DNA from: Epiperipatus broadwayi
Taxonomy: Eukaryota; Animalia; Onychophora
Assembly: GCA_028023455.1 (NCBI GenBank)
Contig: JAQFVV010000005.1
Coordinates: 10,478,001 to 10,542,000, forward strand
DNA: 64,000 nucleotides
Direction of reading: 5' to 3'
Shown here: positions 13,466-25,511 of the stretch, in pieces
How the letters are laid out: the number at the start of each line of letters is the position of its first letter
Position numbering within the stretch: the first letter of the stretch is position 1
Program-made: the position numbers and the translations under genes
Notes under the pieces: model-generated
Database searches by the model: none
The model's input: only the letters and a program-made list of their open reading frames with translations
Told to the model about the DNA's origin: nothing

Positions 13466-15641
13466 GTATATCAATATTTAAATTTTTTAACGTGGATGCA
13501 CCCGCAAAATATCTTTTATATATACAACATGTGAAAATCTTCATATCAACATATATATATATTATAAAGATTGATTACAGCAGATTTGTATTTTTAAGTT
13601 AGAATTAGCAGTAAGCAATATTATTTAAAAAGCTTTAGGTTGCCATGGTTATTAATTTAAGGCTATATTTTTAAGATCTCTCATTATCCATTTATCAAGT
13701 GAAAAGAAAACCAACCAAGATCATCAAACTTCTTTATTTTTTAAATACTTTGATGATTAATATGAATACTTACAATATGTTGGTATTATTATTACTGTTA
13801 ATAAAGTTTTGTAATCTTAATATAATTTTGTCTGTGTCTTAATGTTTTGGATCTCACAAACTCCAGAAACCCAATCACATTCTAATCCAATCAAATCTAA
13901 TCATACCTTCATATAATTAAAATTACTATATAAGGGAGTAATTAGAGAGTATCTGTTCCAATTTAGGGAGATGATGATGTAACCATTGTAAACTCACATC
14001 GCAAATATGTCAATTTATTCATTGGTTTTATTAGCACTAAAACAGAGTTTATCATACATGGTAGGATTATGATATATTGCTGGATGCTGTTGGTGGATAT
14101 AAACGCCTTTCTCCAGTCACATTATTTGAATACCTTCCTAGTTGATATGTGCTATTAAAAATTTTTTTTTTTGATAACCGAAGCACTTGGGAAATTTCAC
14201 CAATAAATAATTATAATGTTTAATTTTTTTAATATTAATTTGTAATGGTGAGAGTGATTGCTGATTTGGCTAACTCGAGCTAGAGTCATCTATTAATTCC
14301 ATCCCTAGGAGAGTATTCATAAGCCATTATAATTTTATATCAGTATCTGAGACTCCACACCCCACTGTTCTAAATTCCTGAGTTAAGATTATCAACTATA
14401 AATAACCCGAAGGTTACAATATATATGCACACCTTAACTTAGAACATATATCTAATGAAATCAGGTAATAGTCTTCAGATATGATAGAGCATTGTAATAT
14501 TGAATTTTCATGAATATTTAAAGCTGCTAAGTATCAAATATCTTATATGCCAACCTAAAAAAAGGCAATTACCATGAAATCCATTTTTATTTGAACTGTA
14601 TTATATTGAATTGTTAGACAACTTTGTTTTGATTATGGCTAGATCTGTTTTAGCATTTGTTAACTGTTGTCTGCTCTGCTAATTGGTATAATTTAAGAAT
14701 CTCTGTTATCCATAATTTAGAGGCAATTTTAAAAATCTATAAGTAATGAAGTAGCTATGTTGGCATTTACACTTAAGATCTTTACTAGTAAATTTCATAT
14801 TCTAAGTTTTAGGTCTAATGTCACCCCATCATATTAGACACTGATATGCCTACTGTCCATTATAACATATATGTAACATCATGGGATATTGGGAAATTTT
14901 TTGCATGTAAACTATATATAATATATTACCAGTAATTGAGCAGAAGAAATTTCTTATTTTAATAAGGCAATTGAAACTATAAATAATAAAAAAATAAAAG
15001 TACCTTGGTTTAGTAAACTTAATTAATAAGAAATATATTCTTAAGTTGTCACAATCATATAACCCATTGTTTTTTAATTACAGGATTTAACACCAGACAG
15101 AAGCGAGTTTATTTAAAAATATAGACTAACAGAAGAAAAGAAAGAAGGGGGGCTTATATTATAATTGTGTTTCTTTGGGCTGTTTTTAAACATTTTCACA
15201 TTGTAAATATAGATTGCTATATACTTTGATTTAGTTATTGTTTTTCCGTTTATGTTTAGCCATTTAATTTTTTTTTGATAATTTATATTTTATTAAATAT
15301 GTTAACATTTCTGTTTATAATATCATACTACATATATTAGTGAATGCTTTATATAATAGAAATTATTATTACTACATTGAAGTTAAAAAGATTGAGAGAA
15401 TATTTAGAATGAACAATGAGCATTGCCAATTGCTCAACAAGCTTTGTGATAAATGTTTAGCTAGAGAAAGCATTTGAATGGTTTATTAATAATTATTGCA
15501 TATTTAACATTAAAGGTTTTCTAATTATATATATAATATATAGGGGCTTGAACTCAGATTTTCACATGATCCTTAACTATCCACACTATCTCATACTGCT
15601 GACACACTAGATCACACTCATGTCGAAAAGATAAATAATCA

Positions 15642-15682
15642 CCAATATATGTATTCATGCTAAGCCAGCACTCATCAATTGG
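15642..15682 (-). ncRNA. Type-I hammerhead, partly decayed
   Basis: CCAA-UUGAUGA-GUGCU(GGCUU)AGCAU-GAA-UACAUAUA/UUGG; C3U change and one A missing from GAAA. Confidence 0.55.
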
Positions 15683-16123
15683 TCCAGATTAACATCTCCA
15701 CACATATATACAATCAAGGCTCAGCTTATATTAAGAAAATCAATCTTCATACTTTAATGGACAGGCTTCAATTCACGCTACCTCACAACTCTTCAACCCA
15801 TTCATTTCATTGAAAATCTGTGATGGAATGCTCAAAGCCAACATTGGTGCCAACTTTCTCATCCTATCCATGTTGCCCATATGTCACTCTGACAACTTGG
15901 GTAAGGACATAATCCATGTACATATATATGAAAGGGATGGGCAGACCTTACAGCACTATATTTTAATATATAATTTTTTTTTTCTTCTACAGTACAGGCT
16001 TTTTCATACCTGCACTCCAATATGTAATATATAGGGGATTTGAACTCCAGACTTTCATTCAACTATCCACACTATCTCATACTGCTGACATACTTGATCA
16101 TACACATGTCAAAAAGATAATCA

Positions 16124-16165
16124 TCAATATATGCATTTAGTGCTAAACCAGCACTTTTCAGTTGG
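16124..16165 (-). ncRNA. Type-I hammerhead, decayed
   Basis: CCAA-CUGAAAA-GUGCU(GGUUU)AGCAC-UAAA-UGCAUAUA/UUGA; perfect 5-bp stem II, but G8A and G12U. Confidence 0.5.
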
Positions 16166-16404
16166 TCCAAATTATCACCTCTACACACATATATAATCAA
16201 GGCTCAGCTTATATTAAGATAGCCAATCTTCATACTTTAATGGACAGGCTCCAATTCACTCCACCCTACAACTCATCAGCTGTCTATTTGATTAAAAATC
16301 TGATGGATGGAATGCTCAAAGCCTGTCCATTAAAGTATGAAGATTGGCTACCTTAATATAAGCTGAGCCTTGATTGTATATATGTGTGGAGATGATAATC
16401 TGGA

Positions 16405-16446
16405 GCAACTGATGAGTGCTGATTTAACATGAAATATGTATATTGG
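16405..16446 (+). ncRNA. Type-I hammerhead with intact core, in the inverted arm
   Basis: GCAA-CUGAUGA-GUG(CUGAUUUAA)CAU-GAAA-UAUGUA-UA/UUGG. Confidence 0.65.
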
Positions 16447-16827
16447 TGATTATTTATCTTTTTGACATGTGTGTGATCAAGTGTGTCAGCAGTACAGATA
16501 GCGTGGATAGTTGAAGGTCATGTGAAAATTTGAGTTCTAACCCCCTACATATTACATATTGGAGTGCAGGTATAAAAAAAACTGTACCGTAGAAAAAAAA
16601 ATCATATATTATAAATAAATATAATAATTTATTGTAATTATCTTGATAAATATTGGCTTACAAATAACTTCACAAACCAAAGCTTTTTGTAGACTCGCAT
16701 AAATTAAACATCGTCTATTCCTAAAAAATCAGAATTATATATCCTTTCCCAACATATTTCTTCAATCAGAGCTGTGCAGCAGACAAGGTAAGATCTTATT
16801 TTTGTGTTGAACATCTTAAAATACAAA

Positions 16828-19190
16828 ATGAGTAGACTTCAGATCACATTCAATCACCAGATCATGCAGTGGCATGAACATTAGGCAAGCCTTAGTCAAG
16901 TTTAATCCAAGCCCTCAATCTGAAGAATGGAAAAACACTATTAATTATACCAAACCCTTTGATAATGATCATACTAGTTTATCTACTACTAAAATGCCAG
17001 ATAATTGCTTGCAAAAGCAGAAAGAAACTACAGATAGTAAACAAGAAATTGTAGCATTAGTTACTTTAAAAAAACGCTAAGAATGATCTGACCATAAATG
17101 CTAAAAAATTGGGAAAAAATACAATTTCTCCTGAAATTCTACCTAAAGCTATTTTTTCCCATGAAAACACCAACAAAAATAGTCAAAAACAAAATTATAA
17201 TCCTAAAAATAGCTCACCCCAAACATAAAATCATTCTCAAAAATATGGTATAGAAAAATTTAAAAATGCTGATGGCATTTTGCCGAATGCAGCCGCCGCA
17301 CATGGCAACTTAACCTATTTCCATCAAAAAAACGATTTAGATCATGATTTGGAGCTTGATAATGTAGAAATAAAAAAGAAAATATCATCCCAGCACCAAT
17401 CTGACAGTCATATATCACCACAACAAAGCTCCCTTGAATTTTCTGCCTCGGAATCTATCATTGAAAATAGCGATATGAATCGCAGCAACATTTTAAAGCA
17501 CAAACAAGCGCTAGTACAAATTGATCAGAACATGTTCAAATCAGATTTTCCTAGTTTTAACTCGAATAATAAAAATAAAAACACACAGCCTGACAACAAC
17601 ATAGCATCACATCAAAAGACATCAACTCATACTCAATCACAAACCAAGTTGAATGTGTTTAAGCAAACAAATGATAGAAGTTAAGCTGCAGCACTTAATA
17701 ATAAAACAACCAACATGCAAAATCAAATAACAAATGACACAACACAACATTATAACATTCTAGATTTTGTTGAGAAAGACAACAACACACCTATTAATGA
17801 AGGGATCAACTCCCAACTCAAACAACTAAGCTCACTATATCTTTTAAATAACTATGAAGAAATTAGTCAGGAATTCAATTCACGAACCCCACCACTACTC
17901 TTTAATTCATTTCTAAATTATCATAGTGATAACACAGTAATCCTCAGTACTACTAATGATAATTGCAATCATTTTTACATTCCCAACTGATGATTTCTTC
18001 GAGCTAATAAAATGTCAACAACTAGGAGATGCCATAAAACATATTTATCATCATCCTAACTGAAGATATCTGATAGTGGAATTTTGTAACTTAATGCAAA
18101 AAGAGCTTTTCAAAAGAAATCAACTCTATCTCAAGCAACGGTACTTAATTAAAATTGAGATGAATAGTCCCAGAATAGCATATGGCCTTGCTCAAAACTG
18201 TTACTTTAACTTTTTAGAACTTGACTTGCAAAGACTTTTAGCCAAATATGAAGTAATTACTAACTTCAGATATCTAACTGAGAAAAGGGCAGACCTCGAG
18301 CTACCATCAAACAATGCTGCATTTATCCTTAAGCTTAACAAAGGTTACACTCCAGTTGGCATTCCCTCAACATTGGAGAAGAGGAAATGTCCCATCTACA
18401 TTTCAATACGTGCTGTGCAGCCCCAATGCTTCATTTGGGGTGATCACACACACCTAGTTAAATCATTTCCAAATAAAATTTGTGAAACATGCAACAACAG
18501 GAAAACAAAGAATCATAAATGCTTTCCAACTTCTCAAAATATTCCACACTCATCCTACTCCATCACTTCCAATGCAGCAAATAGTTTAATGCAATCAACA
18601 AATGAATCACAAATGGACATACTTTACCAAGATGAACATGAAACATTGCCTGAGATCATGAAGAACAATCAAGACACTGGCTCTGCCATTCAGCAGCCAG
18701 AAACACTCCTTTCACACCAGATCTCACATGAAATCATAACTGAAAATAAAACCAAAGAGCATATACAACTACAGAATACAGAAAATACAGACAAATTATC
18801 AAAACAACCACATGCCACCCAAACTACCCAGAGAGATCAAATAGCTTCCAACAACAAAAAAGACTTATGAATCTTCAAGCTCTCAGCCTGAATAAACTAG
18901 CAATTCCACAGCTGACTCAGATCCAGAACCCAATCACTCACAGAATGCAACAAATAGAGGTCCCAACATCAGAAGAAAAAAAGATCACAAGAGAACCAGA
19001 ATAGCTGAAACACAATCCAACCAAGACAGCATTTCTCTGGAATTGTCAAACCCTACAAATTCTCAGTATGACACCAATTTCAACTCAAATCAGCACATCA
19101 CAAATGAAACAAACACAACATTGATTGCAACTGACCACACTACCTCAAGATGCTGACTGCCAAAGTAAAGAATCCCACAACCTGGAAGAA
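16828..19190 (+). pseudogene. LINE ORF1 (gag-like), fragmented
   Basis: Consecutive ORF pieces at 16874, 17280, 17715 and 18076-18870; N/Q/T/S-rich regions around an RRM/zinc-knuckle-like block. Confidence 0.6.
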
Positions 19191-19229
19191 CAACAAGTCT
19201 TAACTGACAATTTTCATACTAATAAATAA

Positions 19230-22200
19230 CCTCAAGTCTGCTCACTTATAATGTTATCATATCAATCATACTTTTAAAAATTGGAGGTATTAATGTAAGG
19301 ATTCTCAACTCCATATCTACTCATTACATGCTTCTCAGAAACAAAGCTTCACTTTCAATCAAACTTCAAAATTAACGAACTATTGCAGCAATTTGGTGTT
19401 TCATTATGCACCATCTACCACTACCTCATCTGGAATGGCATTTCTTATCAACAAGAACCTGTCTTATAACAATTACAAAACTTGATATCTCAGTAAAGAG
19501 TTATTGATCGCAAATCTAACTTTTGGTAATAACTCAATCAACATAGTATATCTCTATATCAAGAATGACCCCAACATAGCTCTTTCAGTTATCTACAAAA
19601 TCACAGTTACAAAACTTGATATCTCAGTAAAGAGTTATTGATCGCAAATCTAACTTTTGGTAATAACTCACTCAACATAGTATATCTCTATATCAAGAAT
19701 GACCCCAACATAGCTCTTTCAGTTATCTACAAAATCAATTCCCTACTGTCTAATGATCCCTCACCAACTATCTGCTTTGGAGACTTTAACAGGAGCTACA
19801 ATCAGTTTAACATCAAATACCTACACCATTTTAACAGTCTTCCTGTGTGGAGAAGGGTTTTTCCCTCCTGACTCCTCGTTCTATACACTTCAAAAAGATA
19901 ACTAATAGATTTCCTTTATTACACTCCAGAACTACATCATAATCTCAATGCCAAGCTTCAAATAGTACCCTTTTCTGATCATCTGGCACTGTTAATTTCG
20001 CTCCAGTTAGACCCTGCTATATCCTTACACTTAAATCACACATGTACCATTAGACTGCTAAATAATGCTGCTACTCCGGAGTGGATTTTTTCTGAGGCAT
20101 ATATACTTCTAAATAAAATACACATTCTCACACTTCCTCCGCTTCAAGCTTGGTCTTCACTAGTAGAAATACTGAGCTCACTTATCACTGCTCACACCAG
20201 GACATCAAAAGGTCCCAATCAGCTGTTGAAGGACCTTGACTCCATCAATACTAGGCTCAGTGCTCTCATGCAAACAGACACCAGTATCCAGGATATCATG
20301 GATCTCAAAACTCAATACCATGATAAACAGAAGGAACTGGCATAATATATAGCCACAAAAAATACAAAATATTCTTATCTAACCATCACAACTGGACTCG
20401 CAGTTACATTAGGTGGGCACTTGGTTCTGCAAAGAGGCCTATGCCTACTATGATAGTAATTGATCAAAATTGCTATAGTGGTCCTGAAATGCTTGCAAGA
20501 ATTCACAAACATTTCATAACTAAACTGCAAAATCAAAATTTTTCGGTTGGCAAAATTTGGAAATCCTCAAGTGATAATCTTCAACATAATATCACAGAGA
20601 TGCAAATAATTCAAAAGCTGCAGTCTTACCCTGAAAGCACTCACCCTGGACTTCATGGAATTCCCAGATTTGTACTCCTTCACCTCAGTCAATTCACTAC
20701 ACCTATCGATCATAGTATGATTGATGTTCTTTCGGAATATTTCCAGTTCATTCCTGATCTATACGCAGTGACATTGGTGCCTTTTTAAAAAAAAACCAAG
20801 AAAATCCATCCAGCCTGTCAAACCTCCACCTTATATCTATGATTCCCTTACTTATCAAAACTATTGAATCCCTAATCAAAGATTTGATTCAAGATCAACT
20901 TTATCAGCATATCTCTAAATATCAATATGCTTGGAAAAGGGGCTTCCACTCTGGATGCTGTTCAATGCTTCTTGCTTATTACAGAACATGTCCGATCTCA
21001 TAGAAAGTCCAAACCTTTAGTAATCCAATTGGACTTCTCTTTCATGTTCGACTCAGTAATTCCATGATCCCTACTCCAAACACTTCAAGACTATCAAGTC
21101 CCAGAAGTCTACATACACATCATTGGAAATCTCCTGCTTAATCATTCCTTCTTCACCATCCTAGATGGTAGGCTAACTGATGGAATCAGACCACATCTGT
21201 CGATACCACAGGCATCCCCGTTGATCACCCTTTGCTTCATTACTGGTAGGCTAACTGATGGAATCAGATCACATCTGTCGATACCACAGGGATCCCCATT
21301 GACCACCCTTTGCTTCATTACATATATCAACCCATTCCTCATTGAGATCAAATGCAAATTGCCTGGTATTTATGTGCTCACATTGAAACACCAGGTACAT
21401 CACATCTCATACATTGACGATGTCTAAATATTCCTTCCTGATCAAAAGCATCTACAACTACTACCGCAAATCATTGATAAACACACAAAAAATTAAATCT
21501 ACACATTAATTATAACAAATCCTCAGTGTGGACCATAAAATCTGGCTTAACAATTCCATCTATATTCACATACCAACCACAAAATTTTTTAGGCTTTCCC
21601 ATAGCCAAGTCTAGGCTGGCTATGTCCAAAGAGATCCAGAGCTCTATATTTGAGAAGACTAGAAAGATCACAAACTCATTGTCTAGAGTTTCCCCTCTCA
21701 CTCATGGGGAAAACCACCTTACTCAATATGTTAAGGTACCCCAGACTTAGTTATCTTCCCATAATAAAGGCGACCAAATCATTCGAGGCTTCAATGAACT
21801 CACTATGCTCGAAGTTGCTATGGAAGGGCAAAGTGGTTGCTATAAGCATCATTAAAGCTCACATGCCCAAAGACCTAAATGGTCTTGGGCTTGATTCAGT
21901 GTCTACACTCAACCTACAGAAAGTGTTAGGAGCCATGAGGCAACTTACCTCAAACACCCAGAACAGAATTCATTCTTACCAGTAATTCCCATGGACACTC
22001 CTCCCCCCTTCGGCAGCAAATGGATGACAAACCTATGGACTAGCATGACAAACCTGACAAAACCTGTTTTAGAAATAAAAAAACATATTGGGAGACATAA
22101 ACTCAGACATCCCAATCTTATGGCACTCTAGAACACTCTTGGCCTAAATAACAAACAGTTAATCTACAAATCAAAAAATTGGTACATTGAACCACCACTT

Positions 22201-22504
22201 TCTTGTATGGATGAGAGGCTTTGCTAACCTCAATCTATGTTCAACAGTGGGTGAAACCATCCCTCACCTATTTCACATCTGTCCTTTCCTCAGTCCACTC
22301 AGATCTTTCATTAGTGAAAGAGTGTCTCTCGACTATAGAGACACTCTCTCCATCCAAAACGCCATCAAGACCAGCATTTACTCAATTATCAGAATTTCCA
22401 TTTCTCTCTCCTTTGCAGTCTGGCTTACCAGGTGTAAATATATTTTTGGTCAAGCAAACTCCAATGTTACTGAAACTTTCATAGGACTATTGAAGAGTAT
22501 TTGA
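19230..22504 (+). pseudogene. LINE ORF2 (APE endonuclease, RT, CCHC), fragmented
   Basis: Motifs in ORF pieces 19638, 20441, 21221, 21650 and 22187; internal tandem duplications with 134-bp period (from 19473) and 78-bp period (from 21166). Confidence 0.85.
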
Positions 22505-24169
22505 GATTGCTTTCTAACCCCTGACTGGCTACACAAGGAATCATGGTCCAGAGTTGATTTTGCATGTATGTAACCAGCACCTCAACTACAGTCACACACC
22601 TGTTAGTTTCACATCTTGGTTTAAAATCAGAACTTTAATAATTTGAAACCTCTGTAAAAAAAAATTTTCAAATGTCTCAATAAATCTCTTTTTTAGAAGA
22701 AAAAATTACCTTTTTTCTCTCAAATTTATGTATCTACAGTTCTACTGCAATTTAATACTTGCTTTTTTTTTTACAATTATTTATTTTTAAAAATATATTT
22801 CAATATTCATAAGTATACATTATAGGAAAAATTTCACAACCACATGTGGATATGTATTTCTGGATATTTTAATTCAAGATGTTTCTTCACTACTTTAATT
22901 CATTGTTGCATTGTTAATTGTTTGAATAGTTTCTTCAATAGTGGAAGAGGAAAACGGATTCCAAACATTTTAGCATACTACATAAAACTGCTGCTCAAAA
23001 GTATTTCAATAATGTAATTTGAGAAATTCATATGTTTGTTTTGGAAAATATTTAATAATAAAAATGTTTTTACTTGATTTTTCAAAAAATACTCATTGAA
23101 TAAATATATAGATAATTCTAAATGAAATCTAGTTTTTAATGTAAATAATTAAAATAGTCCATTGAAGGCAAAGGTCTTTCTGACAGCTCCTTAAAGAAGA
23201 ATGATGAAAAAGGCATTAACAGTTTCCACAGTGATTGGGTTGTGAGTACTTAAACTGTTTTTCATCCTTTTTATAATTCTGATAAAAATATTTATATATT
23301 CATTTAAAGACTATTACTGTATAGTTAGCTGTTTGGAATATAATTTAGCCATCTAAAAGAAAATTTCTAAATCTGATTGGAATTCAAAATAATATAAGAT
23401 TTACTTGGCTGTGATTCAAATTCATTTCATAGAAATGGTAGCAAATATGTAACATTTATACTTGAATTTGTGAAGTATAATAATTTTAACACTTATTGTA
23501 TTTTAAACTCTAAATTTACTATGAAAATTCAATCTCAGGGAATGTCAGAAATGACAAAGTCAATCCTAATCCTGAAATTTAAATTTTATTTTTTGATTGT
23601 TCATCCTAGAAGATTTAATAAAAATGTAATATTAATAAAGAAAAAAACAGGAAAAATAAATGTCTACCCATAAATCAGATAAACAAGAGACTTAAGATAT
23701 AAAAAGTTGAGGAATAATAAATAAATAAAAAAGCAATTGGCAGCTTCTATAGAAACATGTAAATGTTAATCCAATTATAAGTCAATATATAGATAGGCTA
23801 TAATAAAACTGAGGGTAAAAAGTAATATTAATACAAAACTATTGTTTAACTGGACTTTACAAATTTGAAGTTTTTGAATAAAAGCATTTGTCTGTTATTA
23901 TAAATCATAAAAAGTGTATCTGTGTTTTATGTGATTGCCATTAATTCTGGACCTTAACACATATCAATAGATTGAGTTAGTTGTTTTCCTTAAACTCTTT
24001 TTAAAGCTAAAAATTTGAATTTGTGATGTTTTTCTAAAATCAAGCCTTAATTTTAATAGTAAAACAAAAATTATCAAGATAATCATAAAAACTTTGATGA
24101 AACTGAGGCCAGTAATTTGCATCTGTATTATATTTATAAAAAAAAAAGAAAAAAAAACAACAATTTATT

Positions 24170-24372
24170 AATTGAAATAAATTGAGATCATGCTGAATCT
24201 CACTGCACTCGTTAAAATACGTATACGACAGCCAATCAGAATGTCATGATAGCCATCTAAACAACAATCAAATCCAACACACAACAAAGATTTTATGAGA
24301 AAAGGGTAGCCACTCTTATACGTATTTTAACAAGTGCAGTGAGATTCAGCAGGATCTCAATTTATTTCAATT
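24170..24372. mobile_element. MITE with about 56-bp terminal inverted repeats
   Basis: 24170-24225 is nearly the exact reverse complement of 24317-24372. Confidence 0.7.
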
Positions 24373-24665
24373 TTCAACTATCTGCGCTTCGCAAATTAAA
24401 ATATTATTTAATTTATTAATTATAAACTATTTTATCATACCTGTTTTTTAATAATAGAAAAGTAAAATAAAATAGAAAATAATTTATGTTACTATATTGA
24501 AAAAATTATTTCTAATAAATAATGAAATAAATTTAAAAATATTAAAAATGAGCTAAAAAACAATTTTAAGATAATTATAAAAAAAAAAAAATTAACAATT
24601 GAGATATTATAAAATCAAGAAATGTGAGGTTTTAGTGTTAATAATAAATTCAGTATATTCACATG

Positions 24666-24757
24666 TTAAACCACTAAACACCACATGATCACTATTTCTT
24701 ATGCTAGCACATAACTTATTAAAACAGCCACTACTATATGAAGAGTTTTGCCTGTTT
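24666..24757 (-). repeat. Short remnant of the 282/37 kb family (tail plus inverted piece)
   Basis: cacatgatcactat...ctagcac followed by inverted actactatatgaagagttttgcc, as at 282-330 and 440-468. Confidence 0.5.
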
Positions 24758-25397
24758 TTATATTCACATGTACTAAAATTTTCCCCTAAATTATCAATGA
24801 TAAACATATAGACACATATATATCAATAATAAAATGCTTCACAGAGGAATTTTATAAACTATTAACAAAAAAGAAAGCTGCTATATGAGAGATGTAAAAT
24901 ATTAGATCATTTTAATAAATGCTGCTGTGTATTAGATTTTAACATTGTTAAAAAGTTTTAGAAAAAATATACATCTTTTTGGAAAGTTATATGCTATGTA
25001 AACCCCAATAGATGAATTATTCTTGTAGGGCAAATTAAAATCTGCTTCATTAACTTTACTTTTCAAAGTTAAAATTTGACAATTTTCCCTTAATGAATAA
25101 TTGTCTTCTAAGAAAAGATCTAAATATTTTATTTATAAGGTCTTAAAGATTACCCCCATGGGTTTTATTCTAAGCATGTTTCTACATTAGGAAACAACAA
25201 AATTTACAAACTAATGCAAATAAAACCAGCCTATATAATTGCTCCAAGCTGTAAACAAAACGAAACACCAATTTTGCAAAGGAATCTATTACTAATGTGG
25301 CAACACCTACCATTGAAAACAACTTATAACTTTTAGAAACCAACATTTCATAGAATATCAGAATCAGAAAATACTGACTTAAACTTCATTCATTGAT

Positions 25398-25511
25398 GTC
25401 AAGCATTGTTAGCCGAGAGGTCATCGCAGCCGCCTTGCAAGCAAGTAGTTGGTTGCAGACGTTTGTGGGTTTGCATCCCGGCCGATGCTATGACATATGA
25501 AAAAAAAAAAC
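25398..25511 (+). mobile_element. tRNA-derived SINE (long-variable-arm, Leu/Ser-like) with poly(A) and TSD
   Basis: A-box-like TAGCCGAGAGGTC, B-box-like GGTTTGCATCC, acceptor-like GCATTG/CGATGC, poly(A); direct repeats of 14-17 bp at 25381-25397 and 25509-25525; second copy at 55199-55302. Confidence 0.75.

Larger units (their letters stand above)
11664..13550 (+). mobile_element. Penelope-like retroelement, degenerate
   Basis: PLE RT motifs (PKFYGLPKIHK..P..PIVS, SFDVMSLFT, RYIDDTF, IKFTME..GKLPFLDV), then GIY-YIG; 37-bp inverted ends at 11665-11701 and 13488-13524 plus a short 3' tail. Confidence 0.92.
15541..16612. mobile_element. Retrozyme-like non-coding element, family 2: two direct copies plus an inverted arm, three hammerhead motifs
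   Basis: Direct repeats at 15541-15839 and 16032-16323; inverted arms at 15961-16249 and 16321-16612; no credible ORF. Confidence 0.75.
16690..22685 (+). mobile_element. L1/Tx1-type non-LTR retrotransposon, about full length, inactivated
   Basis: ORF1 with zinc-knuckle remnant (PQCFIWGDHTH...CETC); ORF2 with APE (ICFGDFN, SDH), RT (QGSPL, YIDDV), LLWKGK..PK..NGLGL and C-terminal C..ET..HLF..C; A-rich end with AATAAA at about 22678. Boundaries approximate. Confidence 0.88.

Noticed and set aside
2037-16033. Identical 17-mer ccaatatgtaatatata at arm boundaries of two ribozyme families (2037 and 16017)
   Set aside because: At this AT content several chance 17-mer matches are expected in 64 kb; not significant without more copies.
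16250-16290. Second CUGAUGA on the minus strand of the 16 kb element
   Set aside because: No closing stem II or GAAA at the required spacing.
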